A stretch of DNA of 39,446 nucleotides, from positions 1 to 39,446 of the IMG/VR virus record IMGVR_UViG_3300010366_000022, one strand, 5' to 3'. A model generated the notes under the pieces. That model saw nothing but the letters and a program-made list of their open reading frames with translations. It was not told the DNA's origin and did no database searches. Each line of letters starts with the position of its first letter. The stretch's first letter is position 1. The position numbers and the translations under genes were made by a program. Positions 15,605-24,420 of this stretch are shown here, one piece after another. Origin of the DNA: a virus (Duplodnaviria; Caudoviricetes).

Positions 15605-15721
15605 GTCGCCCGCGGAGAAGTCGCGCGCGCGCGCGCGGGCGTGGTGCCCGTTTGGGCAACGGCGCCGGGACGACCCGCACCGGCCGTGGTTGCGATGGGT
15701 AGTCGGCGGACGTGAACGTGG

Positions 15722-16024
15722 TCACGCCGCCCGCCGCCGTTCGCACGCGATCCGTCCCGCCCGCGTCGGGTGATGGTGCGGGCACGGCGCCGGGGTTCGT
15801 CTGTACCCGTCCCCGTGCGCCAACCCGTGGTGGCGTCGGCACAACGTCACCAAATTGGACAACGCGAACGGCTCGCCGCCCTCACCCACGGGGCGGACGT
15901 GATGCACCGTCAACGGACCCGCGCACGGACGCCAATCGTCGTCGCGGGCGACGCATCGATACCCGTCCCGCACCAACGCGCGGACACGGACGATTTGCCA
16001 CGTGGGGGTCGCGTAAATGGACAT
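15722..16024 (-). CDS. HNH endonuclease
   Basis: W..VR..ALVRDGYRC...LTVHHVRP...NLVTLCRRHH. Confidence 0.85.
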   Translation of the reverse strand: MSIYATPTWQIVRVRALVRDGYRCVARDDDWRPCAGPLTVHHVRPVGEGGEPFALSNLVTLCRRHHGLAHGDGYRRTPAPCPHHHPTRAGRIACERRRAA

Positions 16025-16158
16025 GGCGCACACGCCCACTTTTACCCGCCGCGGCGGACGTCGAACCGTTGCCGGTCGTGGAAACGCCAAACCGCGTCAA
16101 GCCAAAATTTTTTGCGGGGACTTTTCTCACAAAACCCCCGCAAACGCTCCGGTTTCGA

Positions 16159-16189
16159 CCCTCAACCTCAGGTTTAGAGTTGCTAAGCT
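16159..16189 (+). promoter_or_regulatory. putative extended -10 promoter with upstream palindrome
   Basis: TG-C-TAAGCT at 16181-16189; CTCAACCT-C-AGGTTTAG inverted repeat upstream. Confidence 0.35.
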
Positions 16190-16301
16190 GTGGGTGCGAG
16201 TCGATCCGATGGCCCGACGGCGAGTGGTCACTAGCGGGGTCACCGACACGCAACGGTCATTGACAATTGAGGTCACCGGGGCGGGTGGAAAGGAACCACC
16301 A

Positions 16302-16628
16302 ATGCCACGATGTGAAACATGCCAAGCGATGCGCCCGTCCGCGGACGTGCGCAAGTTGCCGCGGCGGGACGCGTACCGGTGCAAGGACAAGTTCGCGTGC
16401 GAACTGGCCCGCACCAACCGCGACCCGTACACGGCCACCATCACGATCACGTTCCCGGCGAAATCCCACCGGGAAGCGTGGGACATCCTGGACGGGCTTC
16501 GGCTCGATCCGTTCCCGTTGACGCGGGAAACGGTCACCGGCCCGGACGGAACCGTCACCCACGGCCCGGACGATTTGGCCGGGATCACCGTGGACGACAT
16601 CCGTGCGGCCGTGGGGCGGTCGTCATGA
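16302..16628 (+). CDS. hypothetical zinc-binding protein
   Basis: GAAAGGAA RBS; CETC...CKDKFAC. Confidence 0.75.
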   Translation: MPRCETCQAMRPSADVRKLPRRDAYRCKDKFACELARTNRDPYTATITITFPAKSHREAWDILDGLRLDPFPLTRETVTGPDGTVTHGPDDLAGITVDDIRAAVGRSS

Positions 16629-16873
16629 CCGGCCCGCACCGCATCCGCATCGCCCGATCCCTAACTGCGGAACGGGCGATGGATTTGCTCCGACAACACG
16701 GATGGATTCGCGTTGACGTCGATTCGTGGGCGGCGACGTGGAACCCGGCGTCAACGAAACGGGACCTGTTCGGTCCCATGACGATCGACTACGTGTTGCA
16801 CGACGACGGCGGCGTCCATGCCACCGTCATCGAAATCGGCCCAACCTCCCCGTCGGGGGTCCGGCTCACCTAA
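16625..16873 (+). CDS. hypothetical protein (82 aa)
   Basis: ATGA overlap with upstream gene. Confidence 0.7.
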   Translation: MTGPHRIRIARSLTAERAMDLLRQHGWIRVDVDSWAATWNPASTKRDLFGPMTIDYVLHDDGGVHATVIEIGPTSPSGVRLT

Positions 16874-16878
16874 ACCGA

Positions 16879-16906
16879 CGGGGCGGCGCCCGTAGACGCC
16901 GCCCCG
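16879..16906. terminator. 10-bp hairpin between convergent operons
   Basis: CGGGGCGGCG-CCCGTAGA-CGCCGCCCCG. Confidence 0.55.
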
Positions 16907-17046
16907 CACCACCAACCGCCACCAACCATACCCGACCCGGTGACCTCAGTTGTCATGGATTTGCCGTCTGCGAGCCCTCAGGATCGCTCAGGACGCGACG
17001 CTACGGCGTCCGCGGGTGATCCGTCGCGGAAACGGGGGCGCGCGCT

Positions 17047-17265
17047 TTACTGCTTGGCCAACCCGCGCGACAACCCGTACGCGATCGTGGACGCCGACGT
17101 CACCACGGCCGCCCATTTGGGATTCAACCCACCGGCCAACGCCGCCAACAACGCACCCACGGACGTCAACACGGCGATCCAAAATTCGGTCGTGCGCACA
17201 CCGGTGGTCACGACTTTGGTGGGTTCGGGTTCGGGGGTGGCGCCGTACGGTCGTGGTGTGGTCAT
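17047..17265 (-). CDS. putative holin
   Basis: GVRTTEFW motif, two hydrophobic segments, basic C-terminus, downstream of endolysin. Confidence 0.7.
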   Translation of the reverse strand: MTTPRPYGATPEPEPTKVVTTGVRTTEFWIAVLTSVGALLAALAGGLNPKWAAVVTSASTIAYGLSRGLAKQ

Positions 17266-17420
17266 GTCCCCTCCTTTTTATTGGGCATTTTCGAATCCAA
17301 CCACGCGCGGGTGAAATCCAAAATCTTCGGACCCAACATGGTCAACATCAACACGGCGAACCCGAACAAGGCGTTTTTCAATTCCACCCACCCGGTAATC
17401 GATGTCAGGGCCACGATCAT
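17262..17420 (-). CDS. small membrane protein (lysis cassette)
   Basis: One hydrophobic segment; ATGA overlaps at both ends. Confidence 0.6.
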   Translation of the reverse strand: MIVALTSITGWVELKNALFGFAVLMLTMLGPKILDFTRAWLDSKMPNKKEGT

Positions 17421-17710
17421 CCGCGCCACAACCATGCCACCGCACCGGCCAACAATCCCCATCCGATCGCGCCCGGCACGGTCAACCCCGGTATCCACCC
17501 GGCAGAATCCGACATCAAAAATGCGCCCGCGAACAACGCCGTACCTACGATGAATTTTGGCGTCGTCGTTACCGACCCCCCCGTGACCGTTAGACGTATC
17601 GGCGGATTTGTCCGATCGTTCGATAGTTGACGGGCACCAAAAACGGCCCGCCTTCGGACCCGTGCGACACGCATTTGCCGCCGCCGATCGCCACCACCAC
17701 GTGCGACCAC
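17417..17710 (-). CDS. small membrane protein, start unclear
   Basis: Two hydrophobic segments in C-terminal half; no canonical start right after the endolysin stop. Confidence 0.4.
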   Translation of the reverse strand: MVARGGGDRRRQMRVARVRRRAVFGARQLSNDRTNPPIRLTVTGGSVTTTPKFIVGTALFAGAFLMSDSAGWIPGLTVPGAIGWGLLAGAVAWLWRG

Positions 17711-18327
17711 GGCGCGCCCGACCCGTAGAAGATCAAATCACCCGGCTGCGCCGAGTTGACCGCGCGCCCGTTTTTGCACAACGTCCCCGTCCAACCCCAC
17801 GCCCAATTTTGCCCGTTGGGATCGCGAGTGATCCCCGCTTCCCGGAAGCACCCCGTGGCAAACGAACTGCAATCGCCGTACTCCCACATGTTCGATTTCC
17901 ACCCCGGCGCCCGGTTGACCGGCTGCCACCGTTCGGCGCCTTGGGTGTAGTGGCGCGGACGGCGCGATTGGGCGTACAACGCGGCCGACGCGATCCGTTG
18001 CCCGGCCGACGCCGACGGCGCCTGCTTGGTTTGCGCGGTTTTCGCCAACCGCATCAAATGGGCGCCATAGGCGTCGAAATGACCTTTGCGCACCAACCGG
18101 TCGTGGACGGGGCGCGTGTACGTCCCCGTGGCTTTGTACCCGTGTTTTTTCTGGAACGCGGTCAACGCCTCCCGCGTCCGGTCACCGAACGCGTTGGTGA
18201 TTTTGTGTGGCTTGTTGGGTGGCTTCAATGCGCCCGCACGGGTCAACGCCCGTTTCATGGCCAACACGTCCCGCGCCCGGTTGCCGCGTTTCATTTCCCG
18301 TGTGTATGGGACGACCGTTTTGGCCAT
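17590..18327 (-). CDS. endolysin: peptidoglycan-binding domain + NlpC/P60 peptidase
   Basis: FGDRTREALTAFQKKHG..TG PG-binding motif; GDCSSF, PGDLIFYG, SHVV catalytic Cys/His. Confidence 0.9.
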   Translation of the reverse strand: MAKTVVPYTREMKRGNRARDVLAMKRALTRAGALKPPNKPHKITNAFGDRTREALTAFQKKHGYKATGTYTRPVHDRLVRKGHFDAYGAHLMRLAKTAQTKQAPSASAGQRIASAALYAQSRRPRHYTQGAERWQPVNRAPGWKSNMWEYGDCSSFATGCFREAGITRDPNGQNWAWGWTGTLCKNGRAVNSAQPGDLIFYGSGAPWSHVVVAIGGGKCVSHGSEGGPFLVPVNYRTIGQIRRYV

Positions 18328-18521
18328 TACGCCACCTCCGGATGTTCACGCGCCATCGTTTCGGCCAAGTCCATTTGGTCACCGTCGGGACCGGGCAATT
18401 CGTCGGTGGGCATGTCCTCCACCGATTCCACGCCTTCGTCGTCGGGCACCCCGTCGGGTTCCGGTTCGGGGGCGTCGGCTTCGACGTCCTCGTCTTCGTC
18501 AATCAACACTTCGTCCGTCAT
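18327..18521 (-). CDS. highly acidic small protein (64 aa)
   Basis: GGAGGA RBS; D/E-rich. Confidence 0.65.
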   Translation of the reverse strand: MTDEVLIDEDEDVEADAPEPEPDGVPDDEGVESVEDMPTDELPGPDGDQMDLAETMAREHPEVA

Positions 18522-18730
18522 ATGTCCTCCCGTAGGGATTCGATCAACGCCGATTGTGATTCGTACGTCAAATCCTTGATCAACGCCCGCGCCGCTCGTT
18601 CCCGCACCGGCGGCAAATGAGACAGTTCGATGACGTTCAATAACCGCGCCCGCAACCGGTCGAAATCGCGCGCCAACCGTCGTTCCCGTTCCGATTCGTA
18701 CCACCGCACTTCCGTGGTCATGGTGGTCAT
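18518..18730 (-). CDS. hypothetical protein (70 aa)
   Basis: Coupled between tail fibre and next gene. Confidence 0.65.
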   Translation of the reverse strand: MTTMTTEVRWYESERERRLARDFDRLRARLLNVIELSHLPPVRERAARALIKDLTYESQSALIESLREDI

Positions 18731-19761
18731 GTCACACGGATGATTTTGTTGGCGACGATGTACGGGGGCAAATTGTCCACCGGCGTGCCCGAACCCACCG
18801 CAGCGGTGGCGCCAGTGGTGACCGCGTGTGTGTGCGCCCCACCCGCCGCCGACGATCCGGTCATGCCCGGTGCGGTTGCGGCGGTGGTGCCGGTCACCGT
18901 CGGCCCGACCGAAGCGGTGGCGCCGGTGATCCCGTGCGTGTGCGGGGTCACCGTGTTGGAATAAAACACCTGCCCGTCGGCACCCGATGGCGCACCGTGC
19001 GTGCCCCAATTGGTTGCGCCCGCGTTCGACGTCAAATACACGTATGTGGTCGTCGCCGCCGCCGCCGCAACCGCCAACGTGCCCACACCGTGCGTGTGCG
19101 CGGCGGCGGCCAACGTGCCCGCGCCGTGTGTGTGCGATGCCACCGCATACGTGCCCGTGGTATGCGAATGGGCCGCAACCGTGTCCGTGCCCAACGTGCC
19201 CGGCCCGTGCGTGTGCATGGGCAAATTTGTGATCGCCAACGTGACCGTGGCACCGCCCCCGGTCGCGCCGCGCGCCAACGTAGTGCGCCCGGCCGCGCCC
19301 GCGCCGGTCCCCATCGTGTCGGGACCGATGGTCACCCGCGACCGGCAATCGGGGATGTTGAACGTATCGGTGCCGTCGCCGGTGCCGTACGCAGTGCCGA
19401 TGGCGGCGAACAACGCCGCGAAGGTGACACGCGACAACGCACGCCCGTCGCACAACAACCAATTGCCGCCGGTGGGGTCGCCGGTGCCCGCATAGTCGGC
19501 CACCGTGCCCACAGGCGAATCCCCGGCGGCGGGCATCACCCGCACCCAACCCGGTCCCAACCCGAAAAACAGTTCCGCCGTGTCGGTGGCGTAGTAGAAA
19601 TCGCCCAATTTGGACGACGCCGGTCGCGCCGTCAACGCGCCCTGGTTGAACATGGCAACGGCGTCCAACGTGGACGACATCCCCGAAATGATGTTGTCGC
19701 CTTGGTTGATCATGTCCGTGCCGATCGGCAAGGGCAAATTGCGACGTGGGGTGGTGGCCAT
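18727..19761 (-). CDS. tail fibre with collar domain and HxH needle
   Basis: PVGTV..YAG...WLLCDG..LSR...LFAAIGTAYG.GDG..TFNIPD collar motif; repeated HTH/HSH motifs; NLPPY. Confidence 0.9.
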   Translation of the reverse strand: MATTPRRNLPLPIGTDMINQGDNIISGMSSTLDAVAMFNQGALTARPASSKLGDFYYATDTAELFFGLGPGWVRVMPAAGDSPVGTVADYAGTGDPTGGNWLLCDGRALSRVTFAALFAAIGTAYGTGDGTDTFNIPDCRSRVTIGPDTMGTGAGAAGRTTLARGATGGGATVTLAITNLPMHTHGPGTLGTDTVAAHSHTTGTYAVASHTHGAGTLAAAAHTHGVGTLAVAAAAATTTYVYLTSNAGATNWGTHGAPSGADGQVFYSNTVTPHTHGITGATASVGPTVTGTTAATAPGMTGSSAAGGAHTHAVTTGATAAVGSGTPVDNLPPYIVANKIIRVT

Positions 19762-19774
19762 CTACCTCCTTAGG

Positions 19775-20356
19775 TCACGGAACGACCGACAACGATTCGT
19801 CCCACGTGATCGTGGCCGCATCCCATGTGTTGGTGGATTCGTCCCACGTGATTCCGTCCCCGACCGTGTACGTCATCACCAACCCGGCGGGTTTGGCGTC
19901 GCGGATCGCCGCCAACACCGCCGCCGGGTCCGGTGTTTCCCCGGTGCGGGTCATCACCGTGAACGCGTACGCGTCCGGCGTCCGTTCCGATATGGCCACG
20001 AATTTGGTGCCGGTCAAATACGGTTGTGCCACTTCGGACAAATACCCGAACGTGCCGCGGCGCCGCCCGATCGCATCGGACAATTGCGATTGCATCGCCG
20101 CGGTGGACAACCCCATCGTCAACCGTACGCCCGCCATTTGTGCTATCCACCGCAACGCTTGATCCTCGGGCGCGAATGACGGCGCCACCAACCCCGTCCA
20201 TCCGGGAATGTCCTCACGTTCGCGTGCGTACGTTTCCACCTGCTCGAACATCGCCGCCAACGCGCCCGTGTAATCCTGCAACGCGTTGTCGTTGGCGTCG
20301 TCGTCGGGGTGGAACGGCGCGAACCGTTCGTACAAATCGTCCGCGAATTGGGTCAT
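19775..20356 (-). CDS. baseplate protein (P2 gpI-like)
   Basis: LRWIAQMAGV, RRGT, AKPAGL motifs; follows J. Confidence 0.75.
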   Translation of the reverse strand: MTQFADDLYERFAPFHPDDDANDNALQDYTGALAAMFEQVETYAREREDIPGWTGLVAPSFAPEDQALRWIAQMAGVRLTMGLSTAAMQSQLSDAIGRRRGTFGYLSEVAQPYLTGTKFVAISERTPDAYAFTVMTRTGETPDPAAVLAAIRDAKPAGLVMTYTVGDGITWDESTNTWDAATITWDESLSVVP

Positions 20357-21525
20357 GTCCCTAGGTTGACCGTGATCGTGCCCGGCCGCGTCAACGGTGC
20401 CGCCGGGAACGGTTGGCCCGCGGGTGCCGGGGTCAACATGCGGTCGTCACCCGACGCCGTGCCGTCGCCAGTGATGGAAATGGACGGCACGTACGCCACC
20501 CCTTCGACCCGTTTGATTGCTTCCCCGACGTTGACCCGCCCCACCTTGGAGGAGTTCACCCACGGGCGGGAAATCAACCCGTCCCCGGACATCATGCGCC
20601 CCCATTGGGACGGTTGGAAAAAATCGGTCAACGAACCGACCACCGCGTTTTGCACCGACGCGGGATCGAACCCCGGCAACACGATGATGGTGGTGGTGAC
20701 GTTGATGGTGAAATACGTCGGCGGGATCACGTTGACCACGAAATTGATTTCGCGCAGCGAATCCAAATAGTCGTGCAATTCCGTTTTCGTGGCCGCGGGG
20801 ATGTCCTCGCCGTCCACGTCCACGGCCGCGATCGCCACCATGCGTTCGTTGTCGTACGAATCGTCGGCAGGGTTGAACCCGTCCACGGCCACCGTTCGTT
20901 CCACACCCACGATCGACCGCGCCAATGCTTCAAAGTCGGTGGGGAGGATGGGCCGGGGCGCCATCAATTGCAACACGTCCACCAATCGGTTCATGTAGTC
21001 GTCGTCCGTTTCGGCGTCGATGCCCCCGGCGGTCGTGCCATCCAACGTGATCGCGTTCACGTACGCCAACGTGTCCACCAACGCCACCGGTCCCACCAAA
21101 TCGTTCCCGGCCACGCCCACCTCTGCGGCCACGATGGGCACGGTGCCCGACGGTTCACCCGGCGAAATGACCACGTCCGTCGCCACCGTGAACACCACGT
21201 CTTGAATGGACAACACCGTGTCTACGGGGATCGTGCGCCCGTCCGTGTCCGCCATCGTCCACGTGGTCACGCCGGTGGCCGCAACACCGTCCAACGGGGG
21301 CAAATGCATCAACTCCGACCCGAAATAGCGGAACACGGTCAACGGCACCTGTGAAGCCACCAACGCTTGCTCCGCCGCCATCGCCGCGATCGATTCGATC
21401 AACAACGTTTCGATGTTCCCCGGCGCTGCCTCCCATCCGGGCACGGCGGTTTCCAAATAGGTGATGGCGTCGTCGGCCAACGCGTCCGCGTCCGTTTCAA
21501 TTTCCAAATCGATGTATTCGGGCAT
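20353..21525 (-). CDS. baseplate J-like protein
   Basis: AAEVGVAGN, GGIDAETDDDY..R, TDFEALA..GV motifs. Confidence 0.9.
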   Translation of the reverse strand: MPEYIDLEIETDADALADDAITYLETAVPGWEAAPGNIETLLIESIAAMAAEQALVASQVPLTVFRYFGSELMHLPPLDGVAATGVTTWTMADTDGRTIPVDTVLSIQDVVFTVATDVVISPGEPSGTVPIVAAEVGVAGNDLVGPVALVDTLAYVNAITLDGTTAGGIDAETDDDYMNRLVDVLQLMAPRPILPTDFEALARSIVGVERTVAVDGFNPADDSYDNERMVAIAAVDVDGEDIPAATKTELHDYLDSLREINFVVNVIPPTYFTINVTTTIIVLPGFDPASVQNAVVGSLTDFFQPSQWGRMMSGDGLISRPWVNSSKVGRVNVGEAIKRVEGVAYVPSISITGDGTASGDDRMLTPAPAGQPFPAAPLTRPGTITVNLGT

Positions 21526-21537
21526 ATGGCCCTTTCC

Positions 21538-21903
21538 TTAGAGGAATTCCCGGTGGGCGGACGCGTCCCCGCCCTCCTCAACCGGTCGAATAGACGCCAA
21601 CACGTGTTGTACGGCCGGGTCGATCGTGTCCATGAACCCTATCGCGGTCAAATCCGCCCGCGATTCCCATTCCATGATTTGGGCCATCAACTGATCGACG
21701 TCCAACGGCGGGGTGCGGAACACCGGTTGGTCAACCCCGAAATCGGGCAATTCCTCCCGTTGGCCAATCGGGGTCAACACGATGACGATGCAACACCCCG
21801 CCACTTCCTCGGGGGTGTGTTGATCGGTCACGGCCGCGGCCATCCCCCCACCCGGTTGCGGTTGGAACCGAAATGGATACGCCAAATGGGGAACGTCGGC
21901 CAT
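21538..21903 (-). CDS. GPW/gp25-like baseplate wedge protein
   Basis: YPFRF...TPIGQR..LPDFGV...WESR; precedes J. Confidence 0.8.
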   Translation of the reverse strand: MADVPHLAYPFRFQPQPGGGMAAAVTDQHTPEEVAGCCIVIVLTPIGQREELPDFGVDQPVFRTPPLDVDQLMAQIMEWESRADLTAIGFMDTIDPAVQHVLASIRPVEEGGDASAHREFL

Positions 21904-21904
21904 G

Positions 21905-22450
21905 CTAAATCGGTCCCAACCGATGGATCGACATTTGCGGCCACCACGGATTTCCGGCGACGAGGGTCAGCGCCGCGCCCGAGTTCTGGTAGGCGACGAA
22001 TTCCAGATAGTCGCCCACGGCGAAGTCGCGTATCCCGACGACCTGAAGAACCGGACCGAGCGTCCCACTGACTGCGATGTGCGTGTTCGTGTTGAAGCTC
22101 GATCCGTTTTTGTTCAGATACACGATGCGCGATCCGGTCGCGCTCGCTCCGAACTGGCATTGGGCAACGATCACGTAGATGCCCGCCTGCTTTATCGTCA
22201 GTCGCGTCGGGTTAGGACTCGCCGCCCACAGCCCGGAGGGGTCGTAGATCACGGTGTCGAACGGGATCGCGGCAGCCGCAGCGGTAGCGAGCGAGAATGC
22301 CGTCCCGCTCCGAACGACGCAGGCATGGTCGAGGTTGAGGGTCGGGTTCGGGAAGCTTCCCGCGAGGTCGCCTCCCGCCGGACCCGCAATCGCCCCGCCG
22401 AAGAGCGTCTGCCACGCCGTCCCGTCCCAGTATTTGAGCGAGGGGCTCAT
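21905..22450 (-). CDS. putative receptor-binding/fibre accessory protein (C1q-like beta sandwich)
   Basis: LKYWDGTAW, IPFDT.IYD, RLTIKQAGIY, VGDYLE..YQNSG patterns. Confidence 0.65.
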   Translation of the reverse strand: MSPSLKYWDGTAWQTLFGGAIAGPAGGDLAGSFPNPTLNLDHACVVRSGTAFSLATAAAAAIPFDTVIYDPSGLWAASPNPTRLTIKQAGIYVIVAQCQFGASATGSRIVYLNKNGSSFNTNTHIAVSGTLGPVLQVVGIRDFAVGDYLEFVAYQNSGAALTLVAGNPWWPQMSIHRLGPI

Positions 22451-24417
22451 AGCTGCGTGGATATCCGTCTCATGCGGACGAGCCAGTTGCCTGCCCCCGA
22501 CGCCGTGATGGAGGTACGCAGGATCGCGGTCGCGCTGCTGTTACTGATGATCGACCAAGAGACGGCGAGCGCCCCACCGTAGTTCTGCTGCGCGACGATG
22601 TTCCAGGTGTAGACGTTGTAGCTGGACGCAGACATCAGCATCACAATCGCCTGTCCGATACCCAGAGAGCCGTAGGTCGCCTCAATGAAGAAGATCCCGC
22701 CCGCGACTCCCTGACGGACTCCCAGCCCCGAAGCGGAGAGGTCGAAGTTCTGCGGAGCAGGAGTGACCGCTTGATTCACAATCGTGTACACGTCGAGGAG
22801 CTTCGTCCCGCCGAGCGTGACCTGCGTCGTGAGGTTGGGCGAGTCGAGCGGTGCCTTCGTCGCGAGTCCCGGCACGGTCGGATTCGGGTACGTTCCCGCG
22901 AGGTCGCCCCCCGCCGGACCCGATGGCGGCACGTTCAGCGGTCCCGTGTCGTCGGTGTCAACCCACAACAATTCCCGTGCCCGTGGCGACGGTCCGGCAT
23001 CGGACACATTCACTTCCGTGAACGGTCCGTCCGACAAATCGGCCGAGGATAGATACACGCTTTGAAAATTCGTCCCGTCCGATCGCAGCACACGCCCGAG
23101 GTTTCCGGGCGCCACGGGCAGGGTGTACGCCGACCACATCGTCCCCGCCCCGTCCGATCGCACTTGCATCACCGGGCGCGCGGTCGAACTACCCGCTGTA
23201 GCAATCGGCAACCGCGACCAGATCAAACCCGTCCCGAAAAACAACGTGTCGCCCACCGCCAACCCCGACGACGTCCACCCCGTTCCGCCACGGTTAGTGG
23301 GCAACGTACCCGTGACCATCGCCGTCGATAGGTCAACGGTTCCGAACCCCAACACGCCGCCGGACACGCGCAACGTTTGATTGTCCGCACCGGTGATGTC
23401 CGCGATTGCGCCCGCGGTGGCCGCACTGCGACCCAACACGCTCGTCGCCGCCCCGGATCGGAACAACGGATTGGGGTACGTACCCGACAAATCCCCCCCG
23501 GCGGGACCCGACGGAACCCCACCGCCACCACCCGCCGCGATCGCCGCGGTCACAAACGCGGTGGTGGCCAATTGGGTCGTGTTCGTCCCCGGCGTCGCCG
23601 TCGGACCGGCGGGCGTTCCCGTGAACGTCGGAGACGCCAACGGTGCGCGCGCGGCCAAATCGGTCACCAAATTGGTCACCTGCGCTTGGGTGAGCGTGAT
23701 CGCGTCGGAACCACCGGCGGCGTGTGTGGTCGCGTGCGCCGTCGGTGTGCGCGCATTGGTCAATCGCGTGTCGTTCCCGGCCGCGGCCTGCTGCGCTCCC
23801 GTGCCCAACGTGCGCAACGATCCCGTAGACGGCGCCGCATCCACCGCCATAGCATCGATTCCGCCGGGTTGGTGCGTGGCGGCGTGTGCCGTTGGAGGGC
23901 GGCTGTTCGTCAGCCGCGCATCATTCCCGGCGACTGCTTGCGTCGCGCCGGTGCCCAACGTGCGCAACGACCCCGTACCCGCAGACGCGTCCACCGCCAT
24001 CGGGTCGGCACCACCGGGTTCGTGGGTGGTGTGATGGCCGGGCAACCGCGCCAACGGCAACGTGCCCGACGACAACGCACCCGCATCACGAACCGCGAGG
24101 TCGGCCAAGGACGACCCCGTTTTGGTCACGTCCGTCCACGCGATCGGCAACGTGATCTCGCCGCCGCCGCCGCCCGACACCTTCCCGTTCCATGCCACCA
24201 CCCATGCGGAACCCAACACATCGAACCCCACCAACACGGCGTCCCCGATTTCGGGCGTGCCCACGAACGTCCACGGGGACGGCCCGAATTCGTACGCCAT
24301 GTCGAAATCGGGCACCACCGTCCACACCTGGTCCGTCCCGATGCGGGCGATCACACCCGCGTTTAGCTTCAATTCCACCTCGTCGGTGGGTGCCGGTCCC
24401 AAATCAACGGTGGTCAT
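22447..24417 (-). CDS. baseplate spike (gpV-like N-terminus) fused to tail-fibre-like repeats
   Basis: PEIGDAVLVGF OB-fold motif; HxxTHxxGGxD repeats; APLASPTFTGTP..TQLATTAFV fibre motif; position after hub. Confidence 0.7.
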   Translation of the reverse strand: MTTVDLGPAPTDEVELKLNAGVIARIGTDQVWTVVPDFDMAYEFGPSPWTFVGTPEIGDAVLVGFDVLGSAWVVAWNGKVSGGGGGEITLPIAWTDVTKTGSSLADLAVRDAGALSSGTLPLARLPGHHTTHEPGGADPMAVDASAGTGSLRTLGTGATQAVAGNDARLTNSRPPTAHAATHQPGGIDAMAVDAAPSTGSLRTLGTGAQQAAAGNDTRLTNARTPTAHATTHAAGGSDAITLTQAQVTNLVTDLAARAPLASPTFTGTPAGPTATPGTNTTQLATTAFVTAAIAAGGGGGVPSGPAGGDLSGTYPNPLFRSGAATSVLGRSAATAGAIADITGADNQTLRVSGGVLGFGTVDLSTAMVTGTLPTNRGGTGWTSSGLAVGDTLFFGTGLIWSRLPIATAGSSTARPVMQVRSDGAGTMWSAYTLPVAPGNLGRVLRSDGTNFQSVYLSSADLSDGPFTEVNVSDAGPSPRARELLWVDTDDTGPLNVPPSGPAGGDLAGTYPNPTVPGLATKAPLDSPNLTTQVTLGGTKLLDVYTIVNQAVTPAPQNFDLSASGLGVRQGVAGGIFFIEATYGSLGIGQAIVMLMSASSYNVYTWNIVAQQNYGGALAVSWSIISNSSATAILRTSITASGAGNWLVRMRRISTQL

Positions 24418-24420
24418 CGG

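Noticed and set aside
21905-24417. Diversity-generating retroelement acting on fibre genes
   Set aside because: No reverse transcriptase and no TR/VR pair with adenine-specific mismatches seen.
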